Source of the DNA: a virus
Lineage: Duplodnaviria; Caudoviricetes
Reading direction: 5' to 3' (one strand)
Length of the DNA: 37,913 nucleotides
IMG/VR virus record: IMGVR_UViG_3300022217_000193
Span: 1-37,913 of that record
Under the pieces are notes generated by a model that was not told where the DNA came from, searched no databases, and saw only the letters and a program-made list of their open reading frames with translations. Positions 1 through 9,492 of this stretch are shown here, in pieces (positions within the stretch are counted from its first letter, which is position 1; each line of letters opens with the position of its first letter). The position numbers were made by a program, and so were the translations under genes.

Positions 1-135
1 ATGTAAAAATATGCTCAATGCTCACACCAGGCGACGCAACAAAGACAGGACGGTTATCTTTAATAACTGGATAATCACAATCAGCGCCCTGGTATTTAAA
101 AGAGACACCCTTGCCTGATTTGTATTTGATTTTAC
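1..135 (+). repeat. Terminal direct repeat, left copy (circular overlap)
   Basis: 10-135 identical to 37788-37913; 1-4 also match 37779-37782; 5-9 read AAAAA versus GGGGG at 37783-37787. Confidence 0.95.
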
Positions 136-412
136 ACAGGTGTTTATTATTACCTGTCGAGTCACCAAAGCGCAATTCACCGTAACGACCCCGGCGTACC
201 CTGTGACTTGTTACACCAATTTTGACGGCATCAATAGTTGTATCAATATCGACAAAGGTTCCGTCTGGCTCAATATCATGGAGACCGTTTTGTAACTTAG
301 CCGAATAGATTGGCAAATCGCGGGCTGTTTCAGGGTCTTTTTTATACAGACCGGTAAAAAAGTCTTTCTGATTCCAATCCCGTCTGTGAATTAATTCCTG
401 TAATTCAGCCAC
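1..412 (-). CDS. 5' part of the DNRLRE-like virion protein, continuing across the junction into 36811-37913
   Basis: GTG at 412, just after the stop of the Kelch gene; open frame VAELQELIHRRDWNQKDFF...VASPGVSIEH joins in frame with ORF 36811..37803; about 459 aa in total. Absent from the ORF track. Confidence 0.85.
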   Translation of the reverse strand, partial: MAELQELIHRRDWNQKDFFTGLYKKDPETARDLPIYSAKLQNGLHDIEPDGTFVDIDTTIDAVKIGVTSHRVRRGRYGELRFGDSTGNNKHLCKIKYKSGKGVSFKYQGADCDYPVIKDNRPVFVASPGVSIEHIFT

Positions 413-414
413 TT

Positions 415-3400
415 TTAAACCTCCAGCACTATTAAACTAATCCGTGATTTCAGCCAGTCAGGGGTTAATTTAACTATTTGAAATTTTTTATCAGTACAGC
501 CGGTAAAAGTGGTTGACGGATAGTTTCGGGTAGTTAGGTCTATAAAATCGGCATTTTCCAGGGCTATCCATTTAGCGGCAATGCTGACCATTATGATGGG
601 TGGAGGGTCTTCGTATCGATCGAGGATAACTTCACGGCGTGCAATGACCTGCGAGGCGTCAAGAACATCAGTCCATTTATCCTTAATGATTTTATAGGCC
701 TTTTCCTGCCAATTATCTCGGGACGTTGTTCTCACATGAGCATCAAGTTCATTGAAGTCCGCAGCCTCGTCCCCTGTGGTACCGTCATAATCATAGTAAG
801 TAAAGCAATGATTAATAAGGCTTTTATAATTACCCTTCCAGGTAGGCCTTTCCAAAAAATCAGCGTCTCTCAAAGAGGCCACGGCAGAGGCGGTACTATC
901 CCACCGTTTTAGAGAAACCTTTCCGGTCCCTTGTAAAATATAATAAGATGATGTAAGGAGGCGCAGTTCTTCCAACAGCTCTTTTGCTTCTACCGGGTCA
1001 TTCGTTATTGTCCGGGAAACCTTCCAGCCCGGCAATGCGGCCCTGACAGTATAAAAAGAGGCATAATCTATCTTTGAATCACGGTATTCCAAGTAATTTT
1101 GAATAATATCGAGCATGACATCAATGTGGTGTATATTTTCCCATGTCACGTTATCTGAGACACTATTCCAGCTTTCGGGTACCTGTTTTTTCCAGTCGGC
1201 GTGAAAGCTTTTGGTTAACAGTTTGACCTTGTTGTCAGGTGCTATCTCAGCATCATAAATCTGTCCGTAAAAAACATCCAGATAATCAGCATAAGTAAAA
1301 GACGGGTCGATAAAGCCAAATTTCACTTTAACGATGCGGTTTTTTGGTTTTCTTTCAGCCATCCATTTTGATATTCTGGCAGCAAAGGGCAATGTAATAG
1401 TAATAGAACTAATCGATGACTTTTCAAAATCATCAATAGAGGTTGAAAGGGTCGATATGTTTGTGATTCCGCTTATTTTCCCCGGCTCAGTGTGATGAAT
1501 AACGTCGAGATAGGTTGAGAAATCAGCGCGGATACTGCTTAATACCGAAGTTTCATCTCTGTCTGTAGCGCCTGTAAGATATGCTCTTACCATATAGTAG
1601 CGTTTAAGCGTTGTGATAGTGTCGCCATCCTGTATGATTCCGAGATCAACAGCATTTGCAGTAACAGGGCCATAGCTTGCGAACTTATCAGACGCTGAAC
1701 CCGAAATGAGTCCACCAAACATATAAAGATATGAGCCATAAAGTAGAGCACAAGCCCCCACTGTTGCGTCGTCAGAATCTGCTTTTTCATCCCAGCTATT
1801 GCCGGTAATGCTATAAACAATAGTACTCTTCTTGTCGCTGCCCGATGTACCACCGTTAATAAATACGTTGGAACCGGACACAACGGCAACATGCCCGGCA
1901 CGCGCTTCAGGAGCATCTGTTTTTTGAGTCCATGTATCAAAGATAGGGTCACTGTCAAGATACAACGCCCACATTTCATCGTAATAAGTTGACCCGTTTT
2001 GTCCCCCGAAAATATAGTTTGTAGCCCCGTACGCTATCGCAGTATGGTTATAACGGGCACTGGGAGGGCTGGCAACAGTTCTTTGTGTCCAGCTATTGCC
2101 GGTAATGCTGTATCGCCATACATCGTTAAGCGCTGAGCCATTATAACCGCCAAAAACGGTAATATTTGACCCGGCCAATGTGGCGGAATGATAGGCCCTT
2201 GTTGCTGGGGGACCGCCGGACGGGGACTTCTGTGTCCAGACAAGCGTGCTTAAATTTAACTCATGTACGTCATTGTAATAACTGGAGCCGTTGTAACCGC
2301 CAATAACGTACATATTTGTTGAATTATATATGATAGCCCTGTGGCCGCACCGGGATGAAGGGGCCGTGCCTGTTGTAGTAATTAAAGACCATGTTTTTGT
2401 TGCCGGGTTATATTCCCAAACGTCATTGTAGTAAGTAGACCCATCGCGACCACCGAAGAGGTAAAACTTGCTGCTCCTTGTTATTAACGAGGCTTGTTCT
2501 CTTTCTTGCGGGCTATAACCAATTTCCCATTGCAGCCAAACATCAAAATTTGTCGAATCAGATGCCGAGGCTTTATAAATAAGATCTGTTCCGGAGGGCT
2601 TTTTGTCACCAATCTGCCATTCACCGGGAACAGTAGGTACTTGACCCACATCCATTACGTCAGTAAGCAAGAAGCCGGTGTCATAATAAAAAAGGTTGTC
2701 GTCAGCATAAAGGTCATTGAGGTAACTCGTGCCATTATATCCGGCAAAAACTAACATCCTGTTATAATCATCTACAATAGAAACGTGCCCGTCTCTGGCA
2801 GTCGCACCGGAAGTTTCCTGCTTCCATAATCCATTTATAAAGTCGTATTTCCATACCTCGTTGATAGGTCCTCCACCGCCAAAAATAACCATATAACGAC
2901 GATAAGTAACGGCGGAGTGCCGAAGCCTGGCAGAAGGAACTGTGCCTGGAGGGGAGAGCTGTGTCCAGACAAAAGTGGAAAGATTTAATTCCCAAAAATC
3001 ATTTACTGTCGTATATGATTGGTCATGGCCTGCATGAATATACAGTTTTCCATTGTCTTCGGCTGCCACATGCTGTGTTCGGGCCGCAGGCGGACCACCG
3101 GTGGGGGACTTCTGTGTCCAGACAAAAGTGGAAAGATTTAATTCCCAAATATCGTTGTAGTATGTCGGCGTGACAGGTATGGTGTCTTCACCACCAAAAA
3201 GATACATCTTCCCGTTGTATTCAATGCAGGTATGATTATATCTTGCCGCAGGCGGACCACCGGTGGGGGACTTCTGTGTCCATACAAAAGTAGAAAGATT
3301 TAATTCCCAAACATCGTTGTAAATACTTGTGCCATCATATCCCCCAAAAACATACATCTTTCCGTTATAAAGGACGGCTTCGTGATAGGCTCTTGCAGCC

Positions 3401-3780
3401 GGTGGGGTACCGGTGGGGAACTTCTGTGTCCAGGCAAGAGTGAGTAAATCCAGTTCCCAAACATCGTTGTAAGGAGTGCCGCCGGTTTGCCCTCCAAATA
3501 TAATCATTTTTCCGTTGTATTTAACAGCGACAGAGTCTCGCCTCGTCCCTGGCAAGGTGCCGGTAGGACTTAAAGATGACCATGCACCAGAACTGCGGTA
3601 CAATAATACATTCCCCGGCTGGGTTGTATAATCAACCTGATGTTCCTCTGTATTTGCTGTCCAATCAGCAGAAAGAGTCTCTTCTGCGCCGATAATTTCA
3701 TCCTGTACCTGAACAAGGACAGACCGTCTCTTTGAACCTGCTTTATTTAACGCGGCGAAGGTAGCTGAAAGGGTTTTCAT
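415..3780 (-). CDS. Tail tip/hub protein with two six-bladed Kelch beta-propellers
   Basis: Follows tape measure and Dit-like genes; 12 Kelch blades (hydrophobic-GG/AG ... YNDVWE ... W ... P-R--H); non-repetitive C-terminal region of about 360 aa as expected for a tail hub. Confidence 0.85.
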   Translation of the reverse strand: MKTLSATFAALNKAGSKRRSVLVQVQDEIIGAEETLSADWTANTEEHQVDYTTQPGNVLLYRSSGAWSSLSPTGTLPGTRRDSVAVKYNGKMIIFGGQTGGTPYNDVWELDLLTLAWTQKFPTGTPPAARAYHEAVLYNGKMYVFGGYDGTSIYNDVWELNLSTFVWTQKSPTGGPPAARYNHTCIEYNGKMYLFGGEDTIPVTPTYYNDIWELNLSTFVWTQKSPTGGPPAARTQHVAAEDNGKLYIHAGHDQSYTTVNDFWELNLSTFVWTQLSPPGTVPSARLRHSAVTYRRYMVIFGGGGPINEVWKYDFINGLWKQETSGATARDGHVSIVDDYNRMLVFAGYNGTSYLNDLYADDNLFYYDTGFLLTDVMDVGQVPTVPGEWQIGDKKPSGTDLIYKASASDSTNFDVWLQWEIGYSPQEREQASLITRSSKFYLFGGRDGSTYYNDVWEYNPATKTWSLITTTGTAPSSRCGHRAIIYNSTNMYVIGGYNGSSYYNDVHELNLSTLVWTQKSPSGGPPATRAYHSATLAGSNITVFGGYNGSALNDVWRYSITGNSWTQRTVASPPSARYNHTAIAYGATNYIFGGQNGSTYYDEMWALYLDSDPIFDTWTQKTDAPEARAGHVAVVSGSNVFINGGTSGSDKKSTIVYSITGNSWDEKADSDDATVGACALLYGSYLYMFGGLISGSASDKFASYGPVTANAVDLGIIQDGDTITTLKRYYMVRAYLTGATDRDETSVLSSIRADFSTYLDVIHHTEPGKISGITNISTLSTSIDDFEKSSISSITITLPFAARISKWMAERKPKNRIVKVKFGFIDPSFTYADYLDVFYGQIYDAEIAPDNKVKLLTKSFHADWKKQVPESWNSVSDNVTWENIHHIDVMLDIIQNYLEYRDSKIDYASFYTVRAALPGWKVSRTITNDPVEAKELLEELRLLTSSYYILQGTGKVSLKRWDSTASAVASLRDADFLERPTWKGNYKSLINHCFTYYDYDGTTGDEAADFNELDAHVRTTSRDNWQEKAYKIIKDKWTDVLDASQVIARREVILDRYEDPPPIIMVSIAAKWIALENADFIDLTTRNYPSTTFTGCTDKKFQIVKLTPDWLKSRISLIVLEV
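2959..3321. repeat. Near-identical intragenic DNA repeats encoding Kelch blades
   Basis: 2959-2996 = 3112-3149 (38/38); 3083-3159 vs 3245-3321 (74/77); weaker copies near 3410-3470 and 2220-2280. Confidence 0.92.
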
Positions 3781-4556
3781 ATCTCTTTCCTCCCGACAAG
3801 CGGAATAGAAACATTGCGATATAAACCGCCCTTCTGAAACGGACGCACGAATTTACCTTTTTTGCGCCGCATAAGCCATATGTCATTGGGGAAGGCGGAA
3901 ATATTCCATGCGACACAAAAATTGAGAAGGCCTATAGCGGTTTTCCATGTCGTGATGGCGTTATCCAACGTTCCTCCCGTTTCCACGCCGTTAATGCCTA
4001 TAGCGAAGGCTCTTTCTGTCCACTGTTCGTCAACTTCCTGTAAAACCCCGGTATGACTTACAATATCACTGGCATTATCTTCTTCTGCATGGGGGTCGAA
4101 GGAAACTGTGCAGTAATCAAGCTCGAACAGCTCACCCCAATAACAAATAGCTATATAAGGGGCAGCGCTGAGTGTGCCCGTAATTTTAAGGCGCCAGTAT
4201 CGCTTTGTCTGGCTCGTAAATTCCTTGACGAGAGTCAAATCATTGGGCGGAGCAAAGGCGGTGAAAGCGTCATTAATGTCAGCGGAAAAATTGTCCGTGC
4301 TATATTGAAGGACAATGGTTGCGCCGATGGTGTTTAGGTTGTGGCCGCTAATTGCCAAATAATCGGCTTTAACCGTATTTCCCGACCCGGCGTCAAAGGT
4401 TATATACATAGGCGTTGTCGTATTGGCCGCTTTCCAGAAAGTGCCCTCCAGCCGGTCGAGTAAATTAGCCACGTCATAAAGCCCCGTCGCTGTGGAGGTA
4501 GCAACAAGGCCGGAGAGATTATGCTCGTAATAAAATTTAGGTTTCCCCCAGGGCAT
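3777..4556 (-). CDS. Distal tail (Dit-like) protein with discoidin/galactose-binding-like N-terminal domain
   Basis: Directly downstream of tape measure; motifs DYLAISGHNL, LQYSTDNF, KRYWRLKIT typical of F5/8-like domains in tail proteins. Confidence 0.65.
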   Translation of the reverse strand: MPWGKPKFYYEHNLSGLVATSTATGLYDVANLLDRLEGTFWKAANTTTPMYITFDAGSGNTVKADYLAISGHNLNTIGATIVLQYSTDNFSADINDAFTAFAPPNDLTLVKEFTSQTKRYWRLKITGTLSAAPYIAICYWGELFELDYCTVSFDPHAEEDNASDIVSHTGVLQEVDEQWTERAFAIGINGVETGGTLDNAITTWKTAIGLLNFCVAWNISAFPNDIWLMRRKKGKFVRPFQKGGLYRNVSIPLVGRKEI

Positions 4557-6592
4557 TATTCATCCCCCAAATTAATAACAACGTCACGGTCTGCAGCCTC
4601 CTGCATTATAGGTAAAAGGTCCTCTTCATAAAATCGCGCCATCTGATCACGGTCTGCAACGGTCGAGTTGTGAGTGATGTTTATAGTAAGGGCGTGCTTT
4701 TTATCATCATCATCATTACCGGAACCCAATAGACTTGACGTGTCTGTGTCACCAAAAACGGTATCGCTAAAATCCGTTTCACCACTCGGACTGACTGCCG
4801 AAGATGAGCTGCCGCCGTCAGGGGTCTGTGCTCTGATCTGGGCTACCTGTGCCATACCTTGAGCAATAACCAGGGCGGCGGCTATGGCCCCGTAAGGCCA
4901 GCCGTATTGAGCATAGGCCCGTGTTGCACCGGTATAGGTATTCATTACGGCCTGTCCGATAGCAAAACCCTGATAAGCCTTAAACATATCCTTATTATGT
5001 TTGCCCGTGGCGACATAAAGGTTGTGCATGAATCCGGCGGCAGATTGCATGTAGTTACCGGCCATTGCCAATTTATAATCACGCTCAGCTTTGGCAAGGT
5101 TCATTGCCTGTTGGGCTTTAATGCCGTTTAATTCGCTTTCTGTGGCTCCGTTAATAAGAGCCTGCTGTAAAACGTCCTGATGGTATTGCCGGATAGACGC
5201 AAGATTGTTATCAAGACCGATGCGCGTTGAGTTAAAAGTGTCTGTTTCGTTGGCACGAATTTGTGATTGTGCCTGCTCATGAGCAACAATTTTGTCGTTG
5301 AGGTATTTCTGGTAATCGCCCAAAGCAGGGCCATACATGTCTTTCGTTGCCGTGGTGAAATGCTCCGGTGTGGTGTCAATACTATCCGTTGCCGTTGTGG
5401 CTCCAGGTGTCGAAGGGTCAGTGACGGAGGTAGAGCCACTTCTTGATTTGTTGGCAACGGCATCAATAGCGGACATAGCTTTTCCGGCCCACACTCCCAA
5501 CTCTTCACCTGCTTGTTCACTGGCGTCAGCACTGACCAATAAGTCAGTGCCAATATCAGAAAGACTTGACCGAAATGAGCTTATGTCATTTTTTGCCTGT
5601 TGGTAGGGTTGACCTATCGTTCCGGGGAGGTGAGACAAAAGACCATAGAACTCTTCAAGGGGAATCATCATCGTATCGAGGGCGGCAACTACACCGGCAG
5701 ACCCCGTCTTGATGGCCACATTAGCGGCATTCCATGCCATGGGGAGCTGAACAACCGTTTTTGCTACTTCACTGAAAGCAACAATAACAACATCCGCCGT
5801 ATCCGCTGCCCATTTATCAAGGTCACCGGTCTTTTTAAAATCCATAACAGAACCGGACAGAGTATCCATTGCCGTTGTAAAATAGGGAATCAGATTTTTG
5901 CTTAATTCATTTTTAACACCGATAACGGAACGCTTTATTCTCAGTTCTGCATCGACAAAGGCGGCTGACTGGTTGGCTTCCAGATCAGTATATGTAATAC
6001 TCAGGTTACGGGCTTCTTCCCGCATATCCTTGATGCCGTCTTTGCCGGAACGGATAAAGGGCAAGAGATTGGCACCAGACTTGCCAAGCAAATCCTGAGT
6101 GAGGGCAAGCTGTCTTGTCTCGCTTTCAACGTTATTCAATCCAGCGACAACCTCCATGAAAAGCGTGTCGCTGTCTTTAAGTTGTCCGTTGGAATTATGG
6201 ATAGAAATACCCAGTGCATCAAAGGAACGCTTGGAAGTGGCAAGTCCGTTTTCGGCATCTAGGGCATTTTTAGCCAGGCGGCGGATGCCTTTTTCAAAAT
6301 CATCAATTGCTGTCCCGGACAATTCCAAGCCATGCTTGTATTCGGAAAGGGCTTGTGCTGAAATACTGAGACGGCCAGACATTTTTTGCAGTTCATCACC
6401 AGAGGTCGCTGTCGTGTGAGACATGGCAAAGAGGGCACCCGTAACAGCCGTGCTGGCCGTCACTATCCCGGCGGCAGAAGTAACAAAGATTTTCGCCGAT
6501 CTGTCAACGGCTGCATCCGCTTTCTTATGAATAGCGGAAAAGGCATCCTTCGCCGTGATAACATATTTCATTTCTTCCGTTTTGCCGCTCAT
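4556..6592 (-). CDS. Tail tape measure protein
   Basis: 678 aa, Ala-rich helical; MKYVITAKD N-terminus; follows chaperone pair; C-terminal AIGQAVMNTYTGATRA...AQVAQIRAQ. Confidence 0.9.
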   Translation of the reverse strand: MSGKTEEMKYVITAKDAFSAIHKKADAAVDRSAKIFVTSAAGIVTASTAVTGALFAMSHTTATSGDELQKMSGRLSISAQALSEYKHGLELSGTAIDDFEKGIRRLAKNALDAENGLATSKRSFDALGISIHNSNGQLKDSDTLFMEVVAGLNNVESETRQLALTQDLLGKSGANLLPFIRSGKDGIKDMREEARNLSITYTDLEANQSAAFVDAELRIKRSVIGVKNELSKNLIPYFTTAMDTLSGSVMDFKKTGDLDKWAADTADVVIVAFSEVAKTVVQLPMAWNAANVAIKTGSAGVVAALDTMMIPLEEFYGLLSHLPGTIGQPYQQAKNDISSFRSSLSDIGTDLLVSADASEQAGEELGVWAGKAMSAIDAVANKSRSGSTSVTDPSTPGATTATDSIDTTPEHFTTATKDMYGPALGDYQKYLNDKIVAHEQAQSQIRANETDTFNSTRIGLDNNLASIRQYHQDVLQQALINGATESELNGIKAQQAMNLAKAERDYKLAMAGNYMQSAAGFMHNLYVATGKHNKDMFKAYQGFAIGQAVMNTYTGATRAYAQYGWPYGAIAAALVIAQGMAQVAQIRAQTPDGGSSSSAVSPSGETDFSDTVFGDTDTSSLLGSGNDDDDKKHALTINITHNSTVADRDQMARFYEEDLLPIMQEAADRDVVINLGDE

Positions 6593-7035
6593 TCCGTTGT
6601 CTCTTTTGGCCGGTTGTTCAGTTCGTTGATAAATATTTTGTAAGCTTCTGCAAACCAGAAAGGCTGGTCACTCCATGCCCCCTGGACAGGTAAAATGTTT
6701 TTCTCGTGAAAGATAAAAAGAGCATCCATTAAAAAGTTCGTTTCTGCCGTTATCCATCGGGGCGGGCATTCGTAAAGCGTAAAGCCGCCCAGTTCATACT
6801 GAAATCCGTTAATATCAAGCCCCTCTTTTTCAAGCTCTTTCATTTTTCTGACCCTTCCTGCCGGATCATCAACAAAGGGGAGCCAGTCTACTGCCGTGTC
6901 TTTTACTTGTCGCCAGTTTCCGCAATTCTGATCTCTTCGTCTGGCCTCGTCGCAGGTGCGGCAATCGCAGATTGGGGGGACTCCGCGCTTTCCTGCTGCA
7001 AGGAAGTTCCACCGGAGCCCCCCACGAAGTTTTTT
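6589..7035 (-). CDS. Tail assembly chaperone -1 frameshift extension (gpT-like)
   Basis: The -1 frame from the slippery site is open (KLRGGLRWNF...CDCRTC...C...) and runs into ORF 6589..6843. Confidence 0.8.
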   Translation of the reverse strand, partial: KKLRGGLRWNFLAAGKRGVPPICDCRTCDEARRRDQNCGNWRQVKDTAVDWLPFVDDPAGRVRKMKELEKEGLDINGFQYELGGFTLYECPPRWITAETNFLMDALFIFHEKNILPVQGAWSDQPFWFAEAYKIFINELNNRPKETTE

Positions 7036-7418
7036 AACTGACCTTCGGAAAGTCGGGAATGGCTCTGAATCGCCACTTCAAGTTCGGAATGTAAAGCACT
7101 GTCGCCATGCTCCCAGAGTTCCTCTGCCGTGGTAATAGGGACAATCTCATTATCAGATAGAACGACAGAACAGTTTTTCACCCATGCCACCTGACGGATA
7201 AAGCGCTCTTTAAAGAGGTCCTTTTGCTCTTTCAGAAGCCTGTCTCTGTCTTCGCCACAATCAATCTCGAGGCTGGCAAGGTGCCGTTTAAAATCAAGGG
7301 AACCGTCATTGTTAAGCGGCTTAATACCAACAATAAGGGGAGTTTCTTCTCCCCTGTTTCCCATGTAGGCGGGTACGTAAGGAATAACCGCCTTTTTGCT
7401 GAAAGTTATAAAAGACAT
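6903..7418 (-). CDS. Tail assembly chaperone (gpG-like)
   Basis: Between tail tube and tape measure; contains an in-phase slippery heptamer. Confidence 0.8.
   Translation of the reverse strand: MSFITFSKKAVIPYVPAYMGNRGEETPLIVGIKPLNNDGSLDFKRHLASLEIDCGEDRDRLLKEQKDLFKERFIRQVAWVKNCSVVLSDNEIVPITTAEELWEHGDSALHSELEVAIQSHSRLSEGQLKNFVGGSGGTSLQQESAESPQSAIAAPATRPDEEIRIAETGDK
7029..7035 (-). promoter_or_regulatory. Programmed -1 ribosomal frameshift site A AAA AAC
   Basis: Codons TTA AAA AAC give X XXY YYZ in the correct phase; the shifted frame has no stop until 6589. Confidence 0.82.
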
Positions 7419-7428
7419 ATTCTCTCCT

Positions 7429-8529
7429 TTAAATAGCCGTAGCCGTGTTTTTAATAAGCAATATCACCTGTGCAAGATCGGTGGCGTGATACTTGCCCTT
7501 GAACTTGCACTTGATCTTGGGGGCTTTCTTCCTGTCCCACTCTATATCGGGATTCTGGTTGTAAAGCTCCGGTAACTGAATATAAAGGCCGTAGTTGTCA
7601 CCGCCTGTCCCCGCTTCTACACCAGTGTCCCAATGGAAACAGAAATTGTTTACCGAACTGACACCGGCAAGAAAGTTGGTGAAATGGTCAAGTGACTGAA
7701 ACCCGCTGGAGGGATTTTTAAAGTCAATGGTGAATTCAACGGTCACCGTATACTCGCCATCTTCAACGCGGGTGGGGTAGTTGACCCCGGCAAATTCGTT
7801 TGTCAGTTCCCTGGCGCATTCAATGTTGATGGTCAATTCCTGCGGTTTGAACTGGGTTGCGCTGCCGAAGGTAAAACTTGTATAAGCAGGGGCAGAGCCG
7901 ACTTTCGTAATGGTCCCCATCCAGCCCTTGAGCATGTTCCACTTGAGGCGGAGATTTTCTGCGGGATAAGTAGGGCTGCCAACCTCAGTCTCGTTCGTCT
8001 CGACGAAAGACCCGGCCATATCGACAGACCACACAAGCTCATCATTGGCCGCCTGTTTGAAGGTGACTTTTTTAACGATGCCGTCAGCGTGAGGATGATT
8101 GCGAACATTCGCGTCATGGCTGAGGTTGGAGCTGAGCGTAATTGCCTTTGTGCTGAGATTGGCAGCGGCGCGGGGGTCGGAAACGGGATAAATCGTATTA
8201 TTATACTGCCCTGTAGCTGCGTTCTGCACACAAGCACTGCCGCCGAGAAGGTGCTTTAAAACGATAGCGGGCAGATTCTTGGCGGAACCTGATTCGACAA
8301 AGAAAGGCATCTCCGGAGAGCGTGACCATTTTTGCCCGTACCGTATTACATTCGTCGGGCCGAGAACAGCCTCACCACCGCGAAACTCTTCCACTTCCTT
8401 GTCGTCAAACTCTGCCCCAACGCCTACAAAGTTTTTTACCGGAATAAATCCAACTGTGGTTTTTTCCGTTGTCCCGAAAACCGTCTGCTCTCCAAGACAG
8501 ACATAATGTTTATATTTATGCTCACTCAT
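7429..8529 (-). CDS. Major tail tube protein
   Basis: 366 aa, beta-rich; N-terminal GEQTVFGT motif; immediately upstream of chaperones. Confidence 0.78.
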   Translation of the reverse strand: MSEHKYKHYVCLGEQTVFGTTEKTTVGFIPVKNFVGVGAEFDDKEVEEFRGGEAVLGPTNVIRYGQKWSRSPEMPFFVESGSAKNLPAIVLKHLLGGSACVQNAATGQYNNTIYPVSDPRAAANLSTKAITLSSNLSHDANVRNHPHADGIVKKVTFKQAANDELVWSVDMAGSFVETNETEVGSPTYPAENLRLKWNMLKGWMGTITKVGSAPAYTSFTFGSATQFKPQELTINIECARELTNEFAGVNYPTRVEDGEYTVTVEFTIDFKNPSSGFQSLDHFTNFLAGVSSVNNFCFHWDTGVEAGTGGDNYGLYIQLPELYNQNPDIEWDRKKAPKIKCKFKGKYHATDLAQVILLIKNTATAI

Positions 8530-8717
8530 TTTTTAGTCACCTCCTGACCTTTCTTTTTTGGCATTGATTTAGATTTATAATCAGGGGCGCTCACATTCTC
8601 TGCAATGCCCCTTTCGATAAATTTTCTTTCGTCCTCGGGGTCAAGGTCGTACACCTTGCCCTCTATCAGTGTCCCGTATTTAGGGCTTTCCTGTGTGATC
8701 AGCATTCTTACTTTCAT
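8526..8717 (-). CDS. Small virion-associated hypothetical protein
   Basis: Likely ATG at 8717 behind AGGAGG; MKVRML...GKVYDL...FIERGIAE resembles small head-region phage proteins. Confidence 0.6.
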   Translation of the reverse strand: MKVRMLITQESPKYGTLIEGKVYDLDPEDERKFIERGIAENVSAPDYKSKSMPKKKGQEVTKK

Positions 8718-8727
8718 AGGGTTCCTC

Positions 8728-9150
8728 CTACTCTGTATTAAAATTAACTGTGAAGCGGAATTCCTGGTAGAGCGTCTTGTTTTCATGCCAGTAAGGGGAA
8801 AAGGTGAATCCCGTAATACTTGCCACCGGCTGTGATACCGACAGGCTTCCGCTGTTTAGTGCCGCTATGGTAAAAGCCCCGCGAAGGGCTGCAATGATCG
8901 TATTTGCTTTTGTCCTGGCCGCGTCGGGTGTGGTGGCCTCCGACTTGGTAACGACAAGGTAGTCCCTGTCGGCATACTCGGGGCTGATCTCTTCTTCATC
9001 AAGAATGACCATCCTCTCTGAAAAGAGCTGCGCCAGTGTGGTTGTGTCAATATCATCACCGGATAAGTCCTCCAGGAGATAACCCAGCGTCGTGCCGAGT
9101 ATGGTCTCAATGTTCGTTTCAATCGCATTAAGCGTGTCCAGTAGTGACAT
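8728..9150 (-). CDS. Putative tail terminator / tail completion protein
   Basis: Size (140 aa), acidic composition and position before the tail tube. Confidence 0.5.
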   Translation of the reverse strand: MSLLDTLNAIETNIETILGTTLGYLLEDLSGDDIDTTTLAQLFSERMVILDEEEISPEYADRDYLVVTKSEATTPDAARTKANTIIAALRGAFTIAALNSGSLSVSQPVASITGFTFSPYWHENKTLYQEFRFTVNFNTE

Positions 9151-9467
9151 TATTCATACAGGTAAAGAATGGTTAGACCAGAGCGTAACCCTTTACCTCT
9201 CCTTACGTTGTAAGTTGTTCCATCAACTTTAAAAGTGCTTTTATGTTTAACCGGGCTGACATCCTCTGTAATAACCAGTGCCATCAAGTCCGGGTTGTCG
9301 TCAGTCTGTTTATATGGGTCAATGCTGGCCTCTTCAAAATCCCCCTCATAAGGAAACCGCGACGGTATCTTTTTGCCGCCCTTGCCAACAGGCGTATAAT
9401 ACGCCTCCACCGCTCCCTCGTCGGTGTCGAATAGTTCTTTTAAATCATCTTCGTCAAGTAATGGCAT
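9150..9467 (-). CDS. Head-tail joining protein (gpFII-like head closure)
   Basis: 105 aa; ELFDTDEGAVEAYYTP ... FKVDGTTYNV ... GLTILYL pattern and position. Confidence 0.65.
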   Translation of the reverse strand: MPLLDEDDLKELFDTDEGAVEAYYTPVGKGGKKIPSRFPYEGDFEEASIDPYKQTDDNPDLMALVITEDVSPVKHKSTFKVDGTTYNVRRGKGLRSGLTILYLYE

Positions 9468-9492
9468 GGTCTTTTAATGTTTAATGTTTAAG

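Noticed and set aside
1-135. Biological terminal repeats or attL/attR
   Set aside because: The repeat falls mid-gene, while cos and attP lie elsewhere; best explained as assembly overlap of a circle.
2959-3470. CRISPR array suggested by about 38-bp repeats
   Set aside because: The repeats are in-frame Kelch blade coding sequence with a period of about 150-162 bp; no cas genes or leader.
415-3780. Diversity-generating retroelement TR/VR pair
   Set aside because: No reverse transcriptase in the genome; mismatches between copies are not adenine-specific.
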